A DNA stretch of 64,000 nt. It comes from an uncultured Alphaproteobacteria bacterium (lineage in GTDB: Bacteria > Pseudomonadota > Alphaproteobacteria > UBA6615). The stretch is taken from contig CALSNJ010000005.1 of NCBI GenBank assembly GCA_943787745.1, positions 108,455-172,454 on the forward strand, read 5' to 3'. Below are positions 28,728 to 38,459 of this stretch, one piece after another. Below the pieces are notes generated by a model. It ran no database searches. It was not told the origin of the DNA and was given only the letters and a program-made list of their open reading frames with translations. Made by a program: the position numbers and the translations under genes. Numbering within the stretch: the first letter of the stretch is position 1; every line of letters starts with the position of its first letter.

Positions 28728-30779
28728 ATGAAAAACCTTTGGTCCGATAAAGAGGCTCGTGCCTATGTCCGCCGCTACGCCCGTGATGGGGTGAACCGCG
28801 ATGTGGCACTTCGTGTGTACACGACGCGTTTGCTCGGCGGTGATCCCCAACTCGTTCTGCATGGTGGCGGCAACACGTCGGTGAAGACCGTGGCAACAGA
28901 CCTGACCGGTGAAAAGCTCGACGTTCTCTGCGTCAAAGGCAGTGGCTGGGATATGGGCGATATTGAACCCGCCGGCCTGCCCGCCGTGCAGATCGCACCT
29001 TTGCGAAATCTGGACGCGCTCGACCGGCTTGGCGATGAGGATATGGTCAATGCCCAGCGACGCAATTTGCTGGATTCCAAAGCACCCAATCCGTCTGTCG
29101 AGACCCTGTTGCATGCTTTCCTGCCGCATAAATTCGTAGACCACACCCATTCGACAGCGGTTCTGGCGCTCACCGACCAGCCCGATGGTGCGAAAGTCTG
29201 CCGTGAAGTCTATGGCGATCGCGTCGCACTGGTGCCTTACATCATGCCTGGGTTTGCGCTTGCCAAATCCTGCGCGGAAATTCAGCGAAAACACCCGAAT
29301 GTTGAAGGGCTGATCCTGCTTAAGCATGGCATCTTTAGCTTCGGGGAATCGGCTGAGGAAGCCTATGGGCGGATGATCGATCTGGTTAGCCTTGCCGAAC
29401 AGCGGCTTCGTCAGGATCGTAAGAACCCGGTCTTTGCACCTGCAAAGAAAGTAACTGATCGTCCGGCCCGTGTTGCCGAAATCGCGCCACGTCTGCGCGG
29501 TATGTTGTCCCTCGGTGCCGCTGAAAGCCCAACACGGTTTGTCATGACCTTTCGGACAAGTCCGGCAATCCGTCGCTTTGTTGATGGAGCCGAGATTGGA
29601 CGCTACAGCCAGCAAGGCACAGTGACGCCCGATCACGCGATCCGTATCAAGCCCAGGCCCGTGGTCTTGCCGCGCCCGTCCGCGAACGACCCGGATGCGT
29701 TTTTCAAGTCGGCCAAGTTGGCGATTGAAAGCTATAAAGATGCCTACCGGGCATACTTTGTTCGAAACAACACGGACAAGGCGAACCCCAAGACGCAACT
29801 CGATCCCGTCCCGCGGGTTTTACTGCTGCCGGGGCTGGGTTTCTTTGCCGTGGGAAATTCGGCCAAGGCTGCGGATGTTGCTGCCGACGTCTATGAGAAC
29901 AATATTGAAGTCATCACCAACGCCGAAGCCATTGGCCGGTTCCGGTCGATCACCGATCCGGAACTGTTCGAGATCGAATACTGGTCACTCGAGCAGGCCA
30001 AGCTGGGGAGTGCGAAAGAGGCTGCGCTGGCCCGTCAGGTTGTCGCGATTACAGGTGCGGGTGGCGCAATCGGTCAGGCGACTGCGAGAGCTTTCCGTGC
30101 GGCGGGGGCCGAGGTCGCTCTGCTGGATATTGATGCGCGCATGACCACCACGCTGGCCGATGAACTGGGTGGTCTGGCTGTGTCTTGCGACGTTACCGAT
30201 GACAATTCTGTGGCCAGTGCCTTCGATGCTATCGCAACACGGTACGGTGGTGTCGATATTCTGGTCTCGAATGCGGGTGCCGCATGGCAAGGCAAGATCG
30301 GCGAGGTTGATGACAAGGTCCTGCGCGATAGTTTTGAGTTGAATTTCTTCGCGCATCAGCGTGTGGCCAAGGCTGCCGTGGCAATCATGCGCGAACAGGC
30401 AACCGGCGGTGCGTTGTTGTTCAACACATCCAAACAGGCAATCAATCCGGGCAAGGACTTCGGTCCTTATGGTCTGCCCAAGGCTGCAACGCTCTTCCTG
30501 TCACGTCAGTATGCGCTTGATTATGGCGCGGATGGCATCCGCTCCAATGCGGTCAATGCGGATCGCATTCGCAGCGGGTTGTTGACCGAGGACATGGTCA
30601 AAACACGCTCCAAGGCCCGCGGGCTGAGTGAGCAAGATTATATGGCCGGCAATTTGCTCGGCCGTGAAGTGCTGGCCGAAGATGTCGCGCGCGCCTTTGT
30701 CGATTTGGCGATGGCTGAGAAGACAACGGCGGCGGTGCTCACCGTTGATGGCGGCAATATCGAAGCCGCGCTGCGTTAG
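28728..30779 (+). CDS. Bifunctional class II aldolase/short-chain dehydrogenase (RhaD-like fusion)
   Basis: LVLHGGGNTSVK, VKGSGWD, PSVE..LH, DHTH, EYWSLEQAKL; SDR half TGAGGAIG, NAG, YGLPK, VDGG. Confidence 0.88.
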   Translation: MKNLWSDKEARAYVRRYARDGVNRDVALRVYTTRLLGGDPQLVLHGGGNTSVKTVATDLTGEKLDVLCVKGSGWDMGDIEPAGLPAVQIAPLRNLDALDRLGDEDMVNAQRRNLLDSKAPNPSVETLLHAFLPHKFVDHTHSTAVLALTDQPDGAKVCREVYGDRVALVPYIMPGFALAKSCAEIQRKHPNVEGLILLKHGIFSFGESAEEAYGRMIDLVSLAEQRLRQDRKNPVFAPAKKVTDRPARVAEIAPRLRGMLSLGAAESPTRFVMTFRTSPAIRRFVDGAEIGRYSQQGTVTPDHAIRIKPRPVVLPRPSANDPDAFFKSAKLAIESYKDAYRAYFVRNNTDKANPKTQLDPVPRVLLLPGLGFFAVGNSAKAADVAADVYENNIEVITNAEAIGRFRSITDPELFEIEYWSLEQAKLGSAKEAALARQVVAITGAGGAIGQATARAFRAAGAEVALLDIDARMTTTLADELGGLAVSCDVTDDNSVASAFDAIATRYGGVDILVSNAGAAWQGKIGEVDDKVLRDSFELNFFAHQRVAKAAVAIMREQATGGALLFNTSKQAINPGKDFGPYGLPKAATLFLSRQYALDYGADGIRSNAVNADRIRSGLLTEDMVKTRSKARGLSEQDYMAGNLLGREVLAEDVARAFVDLAMAEKTTAAVLTVDGGNIEAALR

Positions 30780-30783
30780 TTGC

Positions 30784-31722
30784 TCAATTGTCGATTTGTG
30801 TAACGACTTTGCGGAGCTTCGCAAGGTCACTGGCACTGGCATCTTTGCCGAACATCGCTTCCAGGATGGCAATGCTGCGTTCGGTTGTATAGGGGCGCGC
30901 GTCTGACAGGGTCAGGCGTGATGCTTTGCGTTGGGGCACGGCTGCGGCGAGGAATCGGGATTTCGAAGCCGCACCAAGAAGGTCCCAGATCACGGCGTCG
31001 TCGGGGAATAGTGTCGCTGACCCGGCAGCGCCGAGATCGGCTTCATTCGGACCGAGTGCACGAACGACAGCACTCTTGGGTGGCAGCAACGCAAGCTGGC
31101 GATCATATTCGGCAGGTTGATCCAGATGGCGGATTTCCAGTCGCTCTTCTGGCAGGTCGACGGTCAAGCGTTGTCGTGCAACGTTTAAGCTCGCAGCATC
31201 AGTGCTTGCGATTGTGACCTTTGTCGGTTTGGCATTGGTCATGTGGCGGGAAAGTGCCGCGGCGAGCGCCCGTGCATCCGGTCCCGCCCCGAATATCAGG
31301 GTCTCGGTCGTTTCTGTGGGGAGCGTTTTGTCGGCTGCTCGCGTGGCGGCTGTCAACCTTGGGGCCTTTGCGTACAATTCTCCGGGCGACCGCGCAATCA
31401 CGCCAACTTCGCCCAAAATTTCACAGTTTTGATCTACGACGTCGAAATGCGTATTGGCATCACCATGGAATTCTGACGCGTGCCCGACCACGAAGGCGCC
31501 GCGGGCGTTGTAGGCATCCTGCAGGAATTCAAAGATTTGTTCGCGTTCCCGCTGGCTGGTGGTCGGGCCCAGCAAGATTGTATCGACCGCGCATAGGTCT
31601 GCGCGAAGGGCACCCAGACCCTTTTCGATCAGCGTGTGCAGTTTGGTATCGATCGTCTGTTCAGTGATGACGTAGACGGTCGGGACTTCTGGCGATGGCG
31701 GGAGTGTGATCACGCCTGTCAT
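30784..31722 (-). CDS. Degenerate shikimate-dehydrogenase-like protein, function unknown
   Basis: Layout resembles AroE-like proteins (LIFGAG, PTKVTI, FP..AVIWDL) but the catalytic motifs are altered. Confidence 0.5.
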   Translation of the reverse strand: MTGVITLPPSPEVPTVYVITEQTIDTKLHTLIEKGLGALRADLCAVDTILLGPTTSQREREQIFEFLQDAYNARGAFVVGHASEFHGDANTHFDVVDQNCEILGEVGVIARSPGELYAKAPRLTAATRAADKTLPTETTETLIFGAGPDARALAAALSRHMTNAKPTKVTIASTDAASLNVARQRLTVDLPEERLEIRHLDQPAEYDRQLALLPPKSAVVRALGPNEADLGAAGSATLFPDDAVIWDLLGAASKSRFLAAAVPQRKASRLTLSDARPYTTERSIAILEAMFGKDASASDLAKLRKVVTQIDN

Positions 31723-31840
31723 CCTTTATATTTGCTGGGAACCTGAGTGCGATTCTACCACATTTTGTCACGTTGCGTGACGATCATGCGGAAGAAGCGT
31801 TTATCATGTACCACCGGGCGATCAATATGGGGAACAGGTG

Positions 31841-32833
31841 ATGAAGCACGTGCAATTTGGCACCTATGGTGGTCCGGAAGTTCTGGACGTTGTCGAAGGT
31901 CCCATACCAGAGCCCGGACCGGGTCAAATTTGCATCCGTGCTGAAGCCATCGGTGTCGGTATCCCGGATATCCTTATGCGAACCGGCAACTACGCCTGGA
32001 TACCACCTTTGCCCGTGGTTCCCGGGAATGAGCTTGCGGGCACCGTTTCCGCTGTTGGTGAAGGCGTGACAACTCTCTTGGTCGGCCAGCGGGTCTATGT
32101 AAACGCGCGCGAGCTCTCGCAACGCGGTGGCTGTTATGCCCAGTATATGGTCGTGCCCGCAGAGGCCGTATTTGCGTTGCCGGATTCACTCAAGGCCGAA
32201 CATGCTGTTGCTCTGGGCAACTACCAACTCGCCTGGCTCTTGCTGAATATCGCTGCAACACCGAAGTCGGGCGACGATATTCTAGTGCATGCCGCTGCGG
32301 GCGGGGTCGGGAGCGCGCTGGTCCAAATGGCCTGTGCAAAAGGGTTGAATGTTTCCGGTGTGGCGGGTTCAGAAGAGAAGGCACACTACGTCGCTGAACT
32401 GGGCGCAGACACTGTGATCGACCGCAGCAGGGACTCGATATCTGAACGCCTGATGCAGCGAACTGACGGGACTGGCGCGAACTATATCTACGATGCTGTT
32501 GGCGGCGAAGACTTTGCCGAGAATTTCGAGCGGCTTGCTCCCCTGGGCACGCTGGTGATGTTTGGCCATATCGCGGGCTGGCCTGATCCGGCGATCCTGG
32601 ATCCGATGCGCGAACGGTTCGGCGCGTCATTGGGGTTTCGGCTATTCTCGATCCATGTCCTTGATGACATGCCTGATATCCGTCGCCATGCCATGGAAGA
32701 GGCGATCAAGGTCATGGCTTCGGGCGCAGCCTTGCCGCGAATTCATACGCGAATGCCGCTTGCAAAAGCAGCGGACGCACACCGGCTTCTCGAAAGTGGC
32801 GATGTGATCGGAAAGGTGGTCCTGACGACCTGA
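31841..32833 (+). CDS. Quinone oxidoreductase-like MDR protein
   Basis: YGGPEVL, PGNELAGTV, LVHAAAGGVGSA, YDAVGG, GKVVL. Confidence 0.88.
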   Translation: MKHVQFGTYGGPEVLDVVEGPIPEPGPGQICIRAEAIGVGIPDILMRTGNYAWIPPLPVVPGNELAGTVSAVGEGVTTLLVGQRVYVNARELSQRGGCYAQYMVVPAEAVFALPDSLKAEHAVALGNYQLAWLLLNIAATPKSGDDILVHAAAGGVGSALVQMACAKGLNVSGVAGSEEKAHYVAELGADTVIDRSRDSISERLMQRTDGTGANYIYDAVGGEDFAENFERLAPLGTLVMFGHIAGWPDPAILDPMRERFGASLGFRLFSIHVLDDMPDIRRHAMEEAIKVMASGAALPRIHTRMPLAKAADAHRLLESGDVIGKVVLTT

Positions 32834-32891
32834 TCTGATCTCGATAAGAAAGTGTTATATCATTTTCTTATATGGAGGCAGACTGCGTTAG

Positions 32892-33803
32892 ATGGAGTCA
32901 CGTCAGCTCAGATATTTTTGCGAGATTGCGGAAGCGGGCAGTTTTACTGCGGCAGCCGCGCGTCTGCGCGTTGCCCAACCTGCCCTCAGTCGGCAAATCG
33001 CTTCGCTTGAACGAGATCTGGGCGCTCCCGTCTTTCTAAGGGGCCCGGGCGGCATCAAGCTGACGTCCCACGGTGAGATATTGTTGCGTCATGCTGATGC
33101 GATGCGCGTACACGCTGCGCGCGCGCGGGAGGAAATCTCGGCGTCGCTGGGCCAGACACCCGGCTGGATATCATTTGGGACGGCACCTGCATTGGGACGT
33201 CTGATTTTTGGTCCGGTGGCCGAAGTCATGGCTGCCCGATATCCCGAGTTGTGTATAAGTTTCGTTGAAGGGGTTGGGGCCAGCCTGCTGAACGGCTTGA
33301 GTGACGGGACACTCGATCTTGCGCTCACCTCGCGTTCTGCCTATGCACCGGGGGTTGCGTTCAAAAAGCTTTTTTCTGAGCCGGTCTATCTGGTGGCTGC
33401 GCCGGGGCAGGAGATGCCGACCAGCGTTTCTGGTTGGGAAGACCTTCGCGGTATGCCTCTCGTCGTCACCAATCAGCAAACCACTGTCGCCTCCTGGGTG
33501 GAGGAATTGTCGGGCCGTACGCAGTCTGCGCTTGATTTCAGGTACCGGGTGGAAAGTTCGCAAGCCGCAATCGATATCATGCGTCGCGGGCTTGCCTATG
33601 CCGTGTTGCCGCAATCCACGATGCAGGATATTCGCGATATCCAGAGTTTTCAGTTGGCCCGACTGACAGAGGTCTCATTGGACCGCAATCTCGCGCAGTC
33701 ACGCGAGCGTGGCAGTGCCCCTCTGATAGATGTGTTGCGCGATGTCGTTGAAGCCGAGGTTCGCAGGCATTTTCACGACGAATCCGGGGCCTGCGGCAGA
33801 TAA
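32892..33803 (+). CDS. LysR family transcriptional regulator
   Basis: RQLRYF..IAEAGSFTAAA.RL.VAQPALSRQI..LE. Confidence 0.93.
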   Translation: MESRQLRYFCEIAEAGSFTAAAARLRVAQPALSRQIASLERDLGAPVFLRGPGGIKLTSHGEILLRHADAMRVHAARAREEISASLGQTPGWISFGTAPALGRLIFGPVAEVMAARYPELCISFVEGVGASLLNGLSDGTLDLALTSRSAYAPGVAFKKLFSEPVYLVAAPGQEMPTSVSGWEDLRGMPLVVTNQQTTVASWVEELSGRTQSALDFRYRVESSQAAIDIMRRGLAYAVLPQSTMQDIRDIQSFQLARLTEVSLDRNLAQSRERGSAPLIDVLRDVVEAEVRRHFHDESGACGR

Positions 33804-33906
33804 AGTATGCTCAAAAGGTATGGCTGCGTGCCCAATCTGTATTATTCGCGGGGTGGTGCGTGACTCTTATTGTGTCGTCCGTTGCTATCCCATCAGGAGT
33901 CAGACT

Positions 33907-34488
33907 ATGAAATCCATCGAAGTGAGCCCTGCCGAAATGGCCGCACGTACGGCACGTTTTTCCGATTTGCGTCCCTACAGTGACCAGCATGACGAGAGCA
34001 CTGGAATCCCGGCCAAGGCTATGGAAAAGCTGACAGCACATCGGGTTTATCCGGTTATGGTGCCGGAGACCTATACCGGGCGTAGCGCAATGGCGCCGGT
34101 CAAGGCTGGCGAGCGTGTGGTGATCGCGATTGCCGAATGTCCGCCGGGTGATGGGCCGGGTCTCCACAACCACGAGATCACAACCGAGACCTTCTTCTGC
34201 CTTGAGGGGACATTCGAGGTGACATGGGGGGATGAAGGCGAACACAAGGTTGTTCTCGAACCGATGGACCTTGTTTCCGTGCCTCAGGGTGTGATGCGGG
34301 CTTTCCGCAACATCTCGGATGTGACCGGTCGTCTCTATGTCACCATCGAACTTGGTGAGCCGGGCAGCAATGACCGCGTTGCCTACCATCCCGAGGTTGC
34401 GAACGAACTGGAAGCCGAGTTCGGCGCCGAAACAGTCGAGACCCTCAAAGAAATCGGGTTCAAGTTCGACGGCGCCAGCAAGTCATAG
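33907..34488 (+). CDS. Cupin domain protein
   Basis: GPGLHNHE.TTETF.CLEG motif 1; DLVSVPQGVMRAFRN motif 2; RBS AGGAG. Confidence 0.82.
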   Translation: MKSIEVSPAEMAARTARFSDLRPYSDQHDESTGIPAKAMEKLTAHRVYPVMVPETYTGRSAMAPVKAGERVVIAIAECPPGDGPGLHNHEITTETFFCLEGTFEVTWGDEGEHKVVLEPMDLVSVPQGVMRAFRNISDVTGRLYVTIELGEPGSNDRVAYHPEVANELEAEFGAETVETLKEIGFKFDGASKS

Positions 34489-34501
34489 CTTTGGTGGTGA
34501 C

Positions 34502-35494
34502 ATGAAAGTTGTACGTTTCCATGAATACGGCGGTCCCGATGTCCTGAAAGTTGAGGATGTCCCAGAGCCGGTACCGGGCCCGGGTGAGGTTCGTATTCGT
34601 GCCGAAGTGATCGGCGTGGGGATTCCTGACGTTCTGGTGCGCACCAACAATGACGCCAAGGATTGGCCGCTTCCCATGATCCCCGGGAATGAGATGGTTG
34701 GAACCATCGATGCTGTTGGATCGGGTGTGTCGCGCTTTCAGATCGGTGACCGGGTGTTTCTGCCGTCCCGTGAAATGCCCCAGCGCGGCGGGTGCTACGT
34801 TGAAGCACGTGTTGTTCCCGAGAGTGCACCATTCTTGGTGCCAGACGGCGTTTCGGCCGAACAGATGGTCGCCCTCCCGAACTTTCAGGTCGCCCGGTTG
34901 CTGCTCGACTATGCCGTTCCTGTCCGTCCGGGACAGACTGTTCTTATCCATGCCGCTGCGGGTGGTGTTGGAAGTGCCCTGGTGCAACTCGCCAAGCTTG
35001 AGGGTCTGACGGTGATTGGCATTGCCGGAGGCGCAGCAAAAGCCGGCTTTGTGTCCGAGCTCGGCGCTGATGCGGTTATTGACCGTCACGTCGAGGATGT
35101 TCAGGCACGTGTGCATGAACTCACGGATGGTCGAGGTGTCGATCGCATCTATGATTCCGTTGCAGGTCCGGAATTCACCCGAAACTTCGGGATGCTTGCC
35201 GATATGGGCACCGTCGTGATGTTTGGCTTTATTGCAGGCAAGCCGGACACTGACCTCTACATGCCGATGGCGGGGGATTTTACGCGAAATCTGGGAATGC
35301 AGACCTTCAGCATTCATTATTTCGACGACAAACCTGATATTCGCCGGGGCACGATGGAAAAGATCATTGAAGATTTCACCCAGGGTAAGATCAGCCCGCG
35401 TATTCATGGGCAGATGAAACTGAACGACGCAGCAGATGCGCACCGTCTTCTCGAATCCGGCGGGGTCATCGGAAAACTTATTCTGGTGCCCTAG
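34502..35494 (+). CDS. Quinone oxidoreductase-like MDR protein (paralog of 31841)
   Basis: YGGPDVL, GVGIPD, RGGCY, IHAAAGGVGSA, GKLIL. Confidence 0.88.
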   Translation: MKVVRFHEYGGPDVLKVEDVPEPVPGPGEVRIRAEVIGVGIPDVLVRTNNDAKDWPLPMIPGNEMVGTIDAVGSGVSRFQIGDRVFLPSREMPQRGGCYVEARVVPESAPFLVPDGVSAEQMVALPNFQVARLLLDYAVPVRPGQTVLIHAAAGGVGSALVQLAKLEGLTVIGIAGGAAKAGFVSELGADAVIDRHVEDVQARVHELTDGRGVDRIYDSVAGPEFTRNFGMLADMGTVVMFGFIAGKPDTDLYMPMAGDFTRNLGMQTFSIHYFDDKPDIRRGTMEKIIEDFTQGKISPRIHGQMKLNDAADAHRLLESGGVIGKLILVP

Positions 35495-35610
35495 GCGAAT
35501 TCTGTTCCCAACCGGGTCGTTTTTCCGCTTCGTTTCGGTCAAAATCAGAACCCAAGCTGAAGTTCTGGCCCAACCGGTTGCCAGACAACAAAAACAGGAT
35601 TGATAAGACG

Positions 35611-37281
35611 ATGGCTAGAACAGGCGGTCAGGTTCTGATCGACGCGCTGCGTCAGCATGATGTCGATACAGTATTTTGTGTGCCCGGTGAGAGTTACCTC
35701 GCGGCGCTGGATGCGTTGTACGACGTGCGGGAGTCCATTCGGGTGATCACGTGTCGACATGAAAGCGGCGCGACCTATGCGGCGGAGGCTTACGGAAAAC
35801 TCACGGGCAAGCCCGGGATTGCATTCGTGACCCGCGGACCGGGGGCCTGTAATGGCAGTATCGGTGTGCATATGGCGTTTCAGGATTCATCTCCGATGAT
35901 TCTGTTCGTCGGTCAGATCCCCCGGAACTTCAAAGGCCGCGAGGCATTTCAGGAAGTTGATTACAACGCCATGTATGCGCCGCTCGCCAAATGGGTGGTT
36001 GAGGTCGAGGATGCCGCGCGTTTGCCGGAAATCACCGCGCGTGCTTTCGCCACAGCATCAAGCGGGCGGCGTGGACCTGTGGTGGTCTCGTTGCCGGAAG
36101 ATATGCTGGTCGATGAGGTGGATGTCGCCGATGTCGCAGTCGCGAAACTGCCCGCGCCAGAACCTCGCGAGGAAGACCTCAGCGCATTCCGTGACCTTCT
36201 CTCAGCTTCCGCCAGACCGCTTTTGTTGTTCGGTGGTGGCGGTTGGACAGCGGAGTCTGCTGCCGACCTCCAGGCTTTCTGCGAAGCCAATGGCCTGCCC
36301 GCGATGGCAGCATTTCGCTCTCAGGATATTTTTGACAATGATCATCCGAATTTTGTGGGTGAGCTCGGCGTCAACACCAACCCCAAACTTGCCCAACGGG
36401 TGAAAGATGCTGACCTGATTATTTCGATCGGAGCGCGCATGGGGGAGATCGCAACGATGGGCTATACGCTTATCAAGACCCCGAAGCCTGATCAAAAATT
36501 GATCCATGTTTATCCTGATCATTCCGAACTCGGGCGTGTGTTTCAGTCAGATTTGCCGATTGCGTCGGATATCGGAGCATTTTTGGAGCAGGCCCGCCGC
36601 AACATTCAGGTGGACCCGTCGAACTGGGCAAGCGCCCTTGAGGAGAGTCGCAACGAGTATGAAGCGTGGACTCAGCCGGGCGAGTATCCGGGACCACTGA
36701 ATCTCTCAGAAGCTTTCGTGCAAATGCGAGATATCCTGCCCGATGACGCAATTCTTGCAACCGATGCCGGTAATTTTGCGGGTTGGGCCAGCCGGTTCTT
36801 TCGTTTCCGGAAGTTCCGGACCTTGCTGGGCTCAACCAACGGCTCGATGGGTTACGGAATGCCTGCTGCCCTTGCGGCAAAGGCCGCACGTCCGGACCTG
36901 CCGGTGATCTGCTACGCCGGTGACGGTGGGATATTGATGACCGGCAATGAATTGGCAACAGCGGTGCAGCACGATCTGCCGATCGTTCTGATCATTGCAA
37001 ACAACAGCATGTTCGGCACCATCCGCATGCATGAGGAACGGGAATATCCGGGACGGCAGATTGCCACGGAACTTCGCAATCCCGAATTTGTGAAATGGGC
37101 TGAATCCTTTGGTGCACAGGGCGAACGGGTGACAACAACAGAAGAGTTTGGGCCTGCCCTGGAACGGGCCTTGTCGGCCGGGCGTCCCGCCGTTATTGAA
37201 CTCATAGTTGACCAGGAGCTGATCTCCAGCAATATCACCCTCAGTGCGCTTCGAGAGCGTGCGGCGAAGGCGGCCGAGTAG
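35611..37281 (+). CDS. Thiamine diphosphate-binding protein (acetolactate synthase large subunit-like)
   Basis: FCVPGESYL, CRHE.GA, TRGPGA.N, GSMGYG.PAA, GDGG...NN ThDP motif. Confidence 0.9.
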   Translation: MARTGGQVLIDALRQHDVDTVFCVPGESYLAALDALYDVRESIRVITCRHESGATYAAEAYGKLTGKPGIAFVTRGPGACNGSIGVHMAFQDSSPMILFVGQIPRNFKGREAFQEVDYNAMYAPLAKWVVEVEDAARLPEITARAFATASSGRRGPVVVSLPEDMLVDEVDVADVAVAKLPAPEPREEDLSAFRDLLSASARPLLLFGGGGWTAESAADLQAFCEANGLPAMAAFRSQDIFDNDHPNFVGELGVNTNPKLAQRVKDADLIISIGARMGEIATMGYTLIKTPKPDQKLIHVYPDHSELGRVFQSDLPIASDIGAFLEQARRNIQVDPSNWASALEESRNEYEAWTQPGEYPGPLNLSEAFVQMRDILPDDAILATDAGNFAGWASRFFRFRKFRTLLGSTNGSMGYGMPAALAAKAARPDLPVICYAGDGGILMTGNELATAVQHDLPIVLIIANNSMFGTIRMHEEREYPGRQIATELRNPEFVKWAESFGAQGERVTTTEEFGPALERALSAGRPAVIELIVDQELISSNITLSALRERAAKAAE

Positions 37282-37287
37282 TTCTTT

Positions 37288-37854
37288 ATGTCCGAGATCA
37301 AGAACCGCGCATTGTTCCTTGACCGGGATGGCGTGATCAATGTCGACAGTGGCTATATCTGGCGGCCTGAGGATTTTATCTTCAATGATGGGGTGTTTGA
37401 GGCCTGCCGGTCGGCAAGCGCGATGGGCTTCATGTTGTTCGTGGTAACCAATCAGGCTGGAATTGGCCGGGGACTATATTCGGAGAGAGACTTTCAGGCG
37501 CTGAACGAGTGGATGCTGGGTCGGTTCCGCGAGGAGAGTATTGAAATCGGGCGCGTGTATTTCGCGCCAACCCATCCCGAGAATGGCATCGGCGTCTACC
37601 GCCGGGAATCACCCGATCGCAAGCCCGGTCCGGGCATGCTTTTTAAGGCGCGTGACGCATTCAATATCGATATGTCCCGATCCGCCATCGTGGGAGACCG
37701 CGAAACCGACATCCTCGCCGGAATCAATGGGGGTGTGGCAACGCGCATACTTGTCGAAGGTGCGGAAGACGACCCTGCGTCCAGCCGTGCTGACACCGTC
37801 GTGGGGTCACTGGTTGAAGCGGTTGCCTGGCTGGCGGCGCGCGAAAACGGCTAG
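37288..37854 (+). CDS. gmhB: HAD-IIIA phosphatase, GmhB/HisB-like
   Basis: ALFLDRDGVIN, VVTNQAGIGRG, RKPGPGM, IVGDRETDI.AG. Confidence 0.75.
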   Translation: MSEIKNRALFLDRDGVINVDSGYIWRPEDFIFNDGVFEACRSASAMGFMLFVVTNQAGIGRGLYSERDFQALNEWMLGRFREESIEIGRVYFAPTHPENGIGVYRRESPDRKPGPGMLFKARDAFNIDMSRSAIVGDRETDILAGINGGVATRILVEGAEDDPASSRADTVVGSLVEAVAWLAARENG

Positions 37855-38459
37855 TTCGTGCCGCCCGACAGGCGCCAGTCGATCATTTCCATCCGGTCCT
37901 GACCATAGAACAACTCACCATCGACCACATATGACGGCACGCTCCAGGCATTGTCAGCCAGAGCTTCGTCGGTGTTTGCGCTGAGTTCGGCGGCAACCAC
38001 ATCAGACCCGGCAGCCGCGACGAGCGTGGCGCCATCCAGACCAAGTCCATCGAGAATTTCGGTGACGTCACGTTCGTCGCCGATGTTGCGTTCCTCGACC
38101 CAGCAGCCGCGCATCAGGGCGCGCGTGACGGCAAACATGTCCTCCCCGGCCTGACCGGCGGCGATGATGACATTGGATGAAAGATAGAACGGCGCGGGAA
38201 AGTGCTTGGGCTCTGCATTGAGTGGAACGCCGCGCCATGCTGCCCAGCGTGGGAGTTCCAGCAGGCGATAGGATTTCATGACGTCGGGGCGTTCCCCCAG
38301 CGGCTTGCCGGAACCGGTTTCTTTCCAGGTGCGACCCACATCGGTTGGTTTGTAGGCAATCGTGCGTCCGTGTTTGTCAGCAATCTCCTTGAGCGCGTCG
38401 AGCCCCAGATAGGACCAGGGGGATACACAGGCAAAATAGAACTTGATCGGATCACTCAT
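37851..38459 (-). CDS. 2-hydroxychromene-2-carboxylate isomerase (DsbA-like/kappa-GST) family
   Basis: FYF...SPWSYL, EL.RWA..RG.PLN..PKHFP, VPSYVVDGELFYGQDR. Confidence 0.88.
   Translation of the reverse strand: MSDPIKFYFACVSPWSYLGLDALKEIADKHGRTIAYKPTDVGRTWKETGSGKPLGERPDVMKSYRLLELPRWAAWRGVPLNAEPKHFPAPFYLSSNVIIAAGQAGEDMFAVTRALMRGCWVEERNIGDERDVTEILDGLGLDGATLVAAAGSDVVAAELSANTDEALADNAWSVPSYVVDGELFYGQDRMEMIDWRLSGGTN

Noticed and set aside
27791..37281. REP-free, slightly AT-richer block as a genomic island
   Set aside because: Impression only; other intervals of similar length also lack REPs, and no integrase, tRNA or flanking direct repeats were seen. Needs computed GC and codon statistics.
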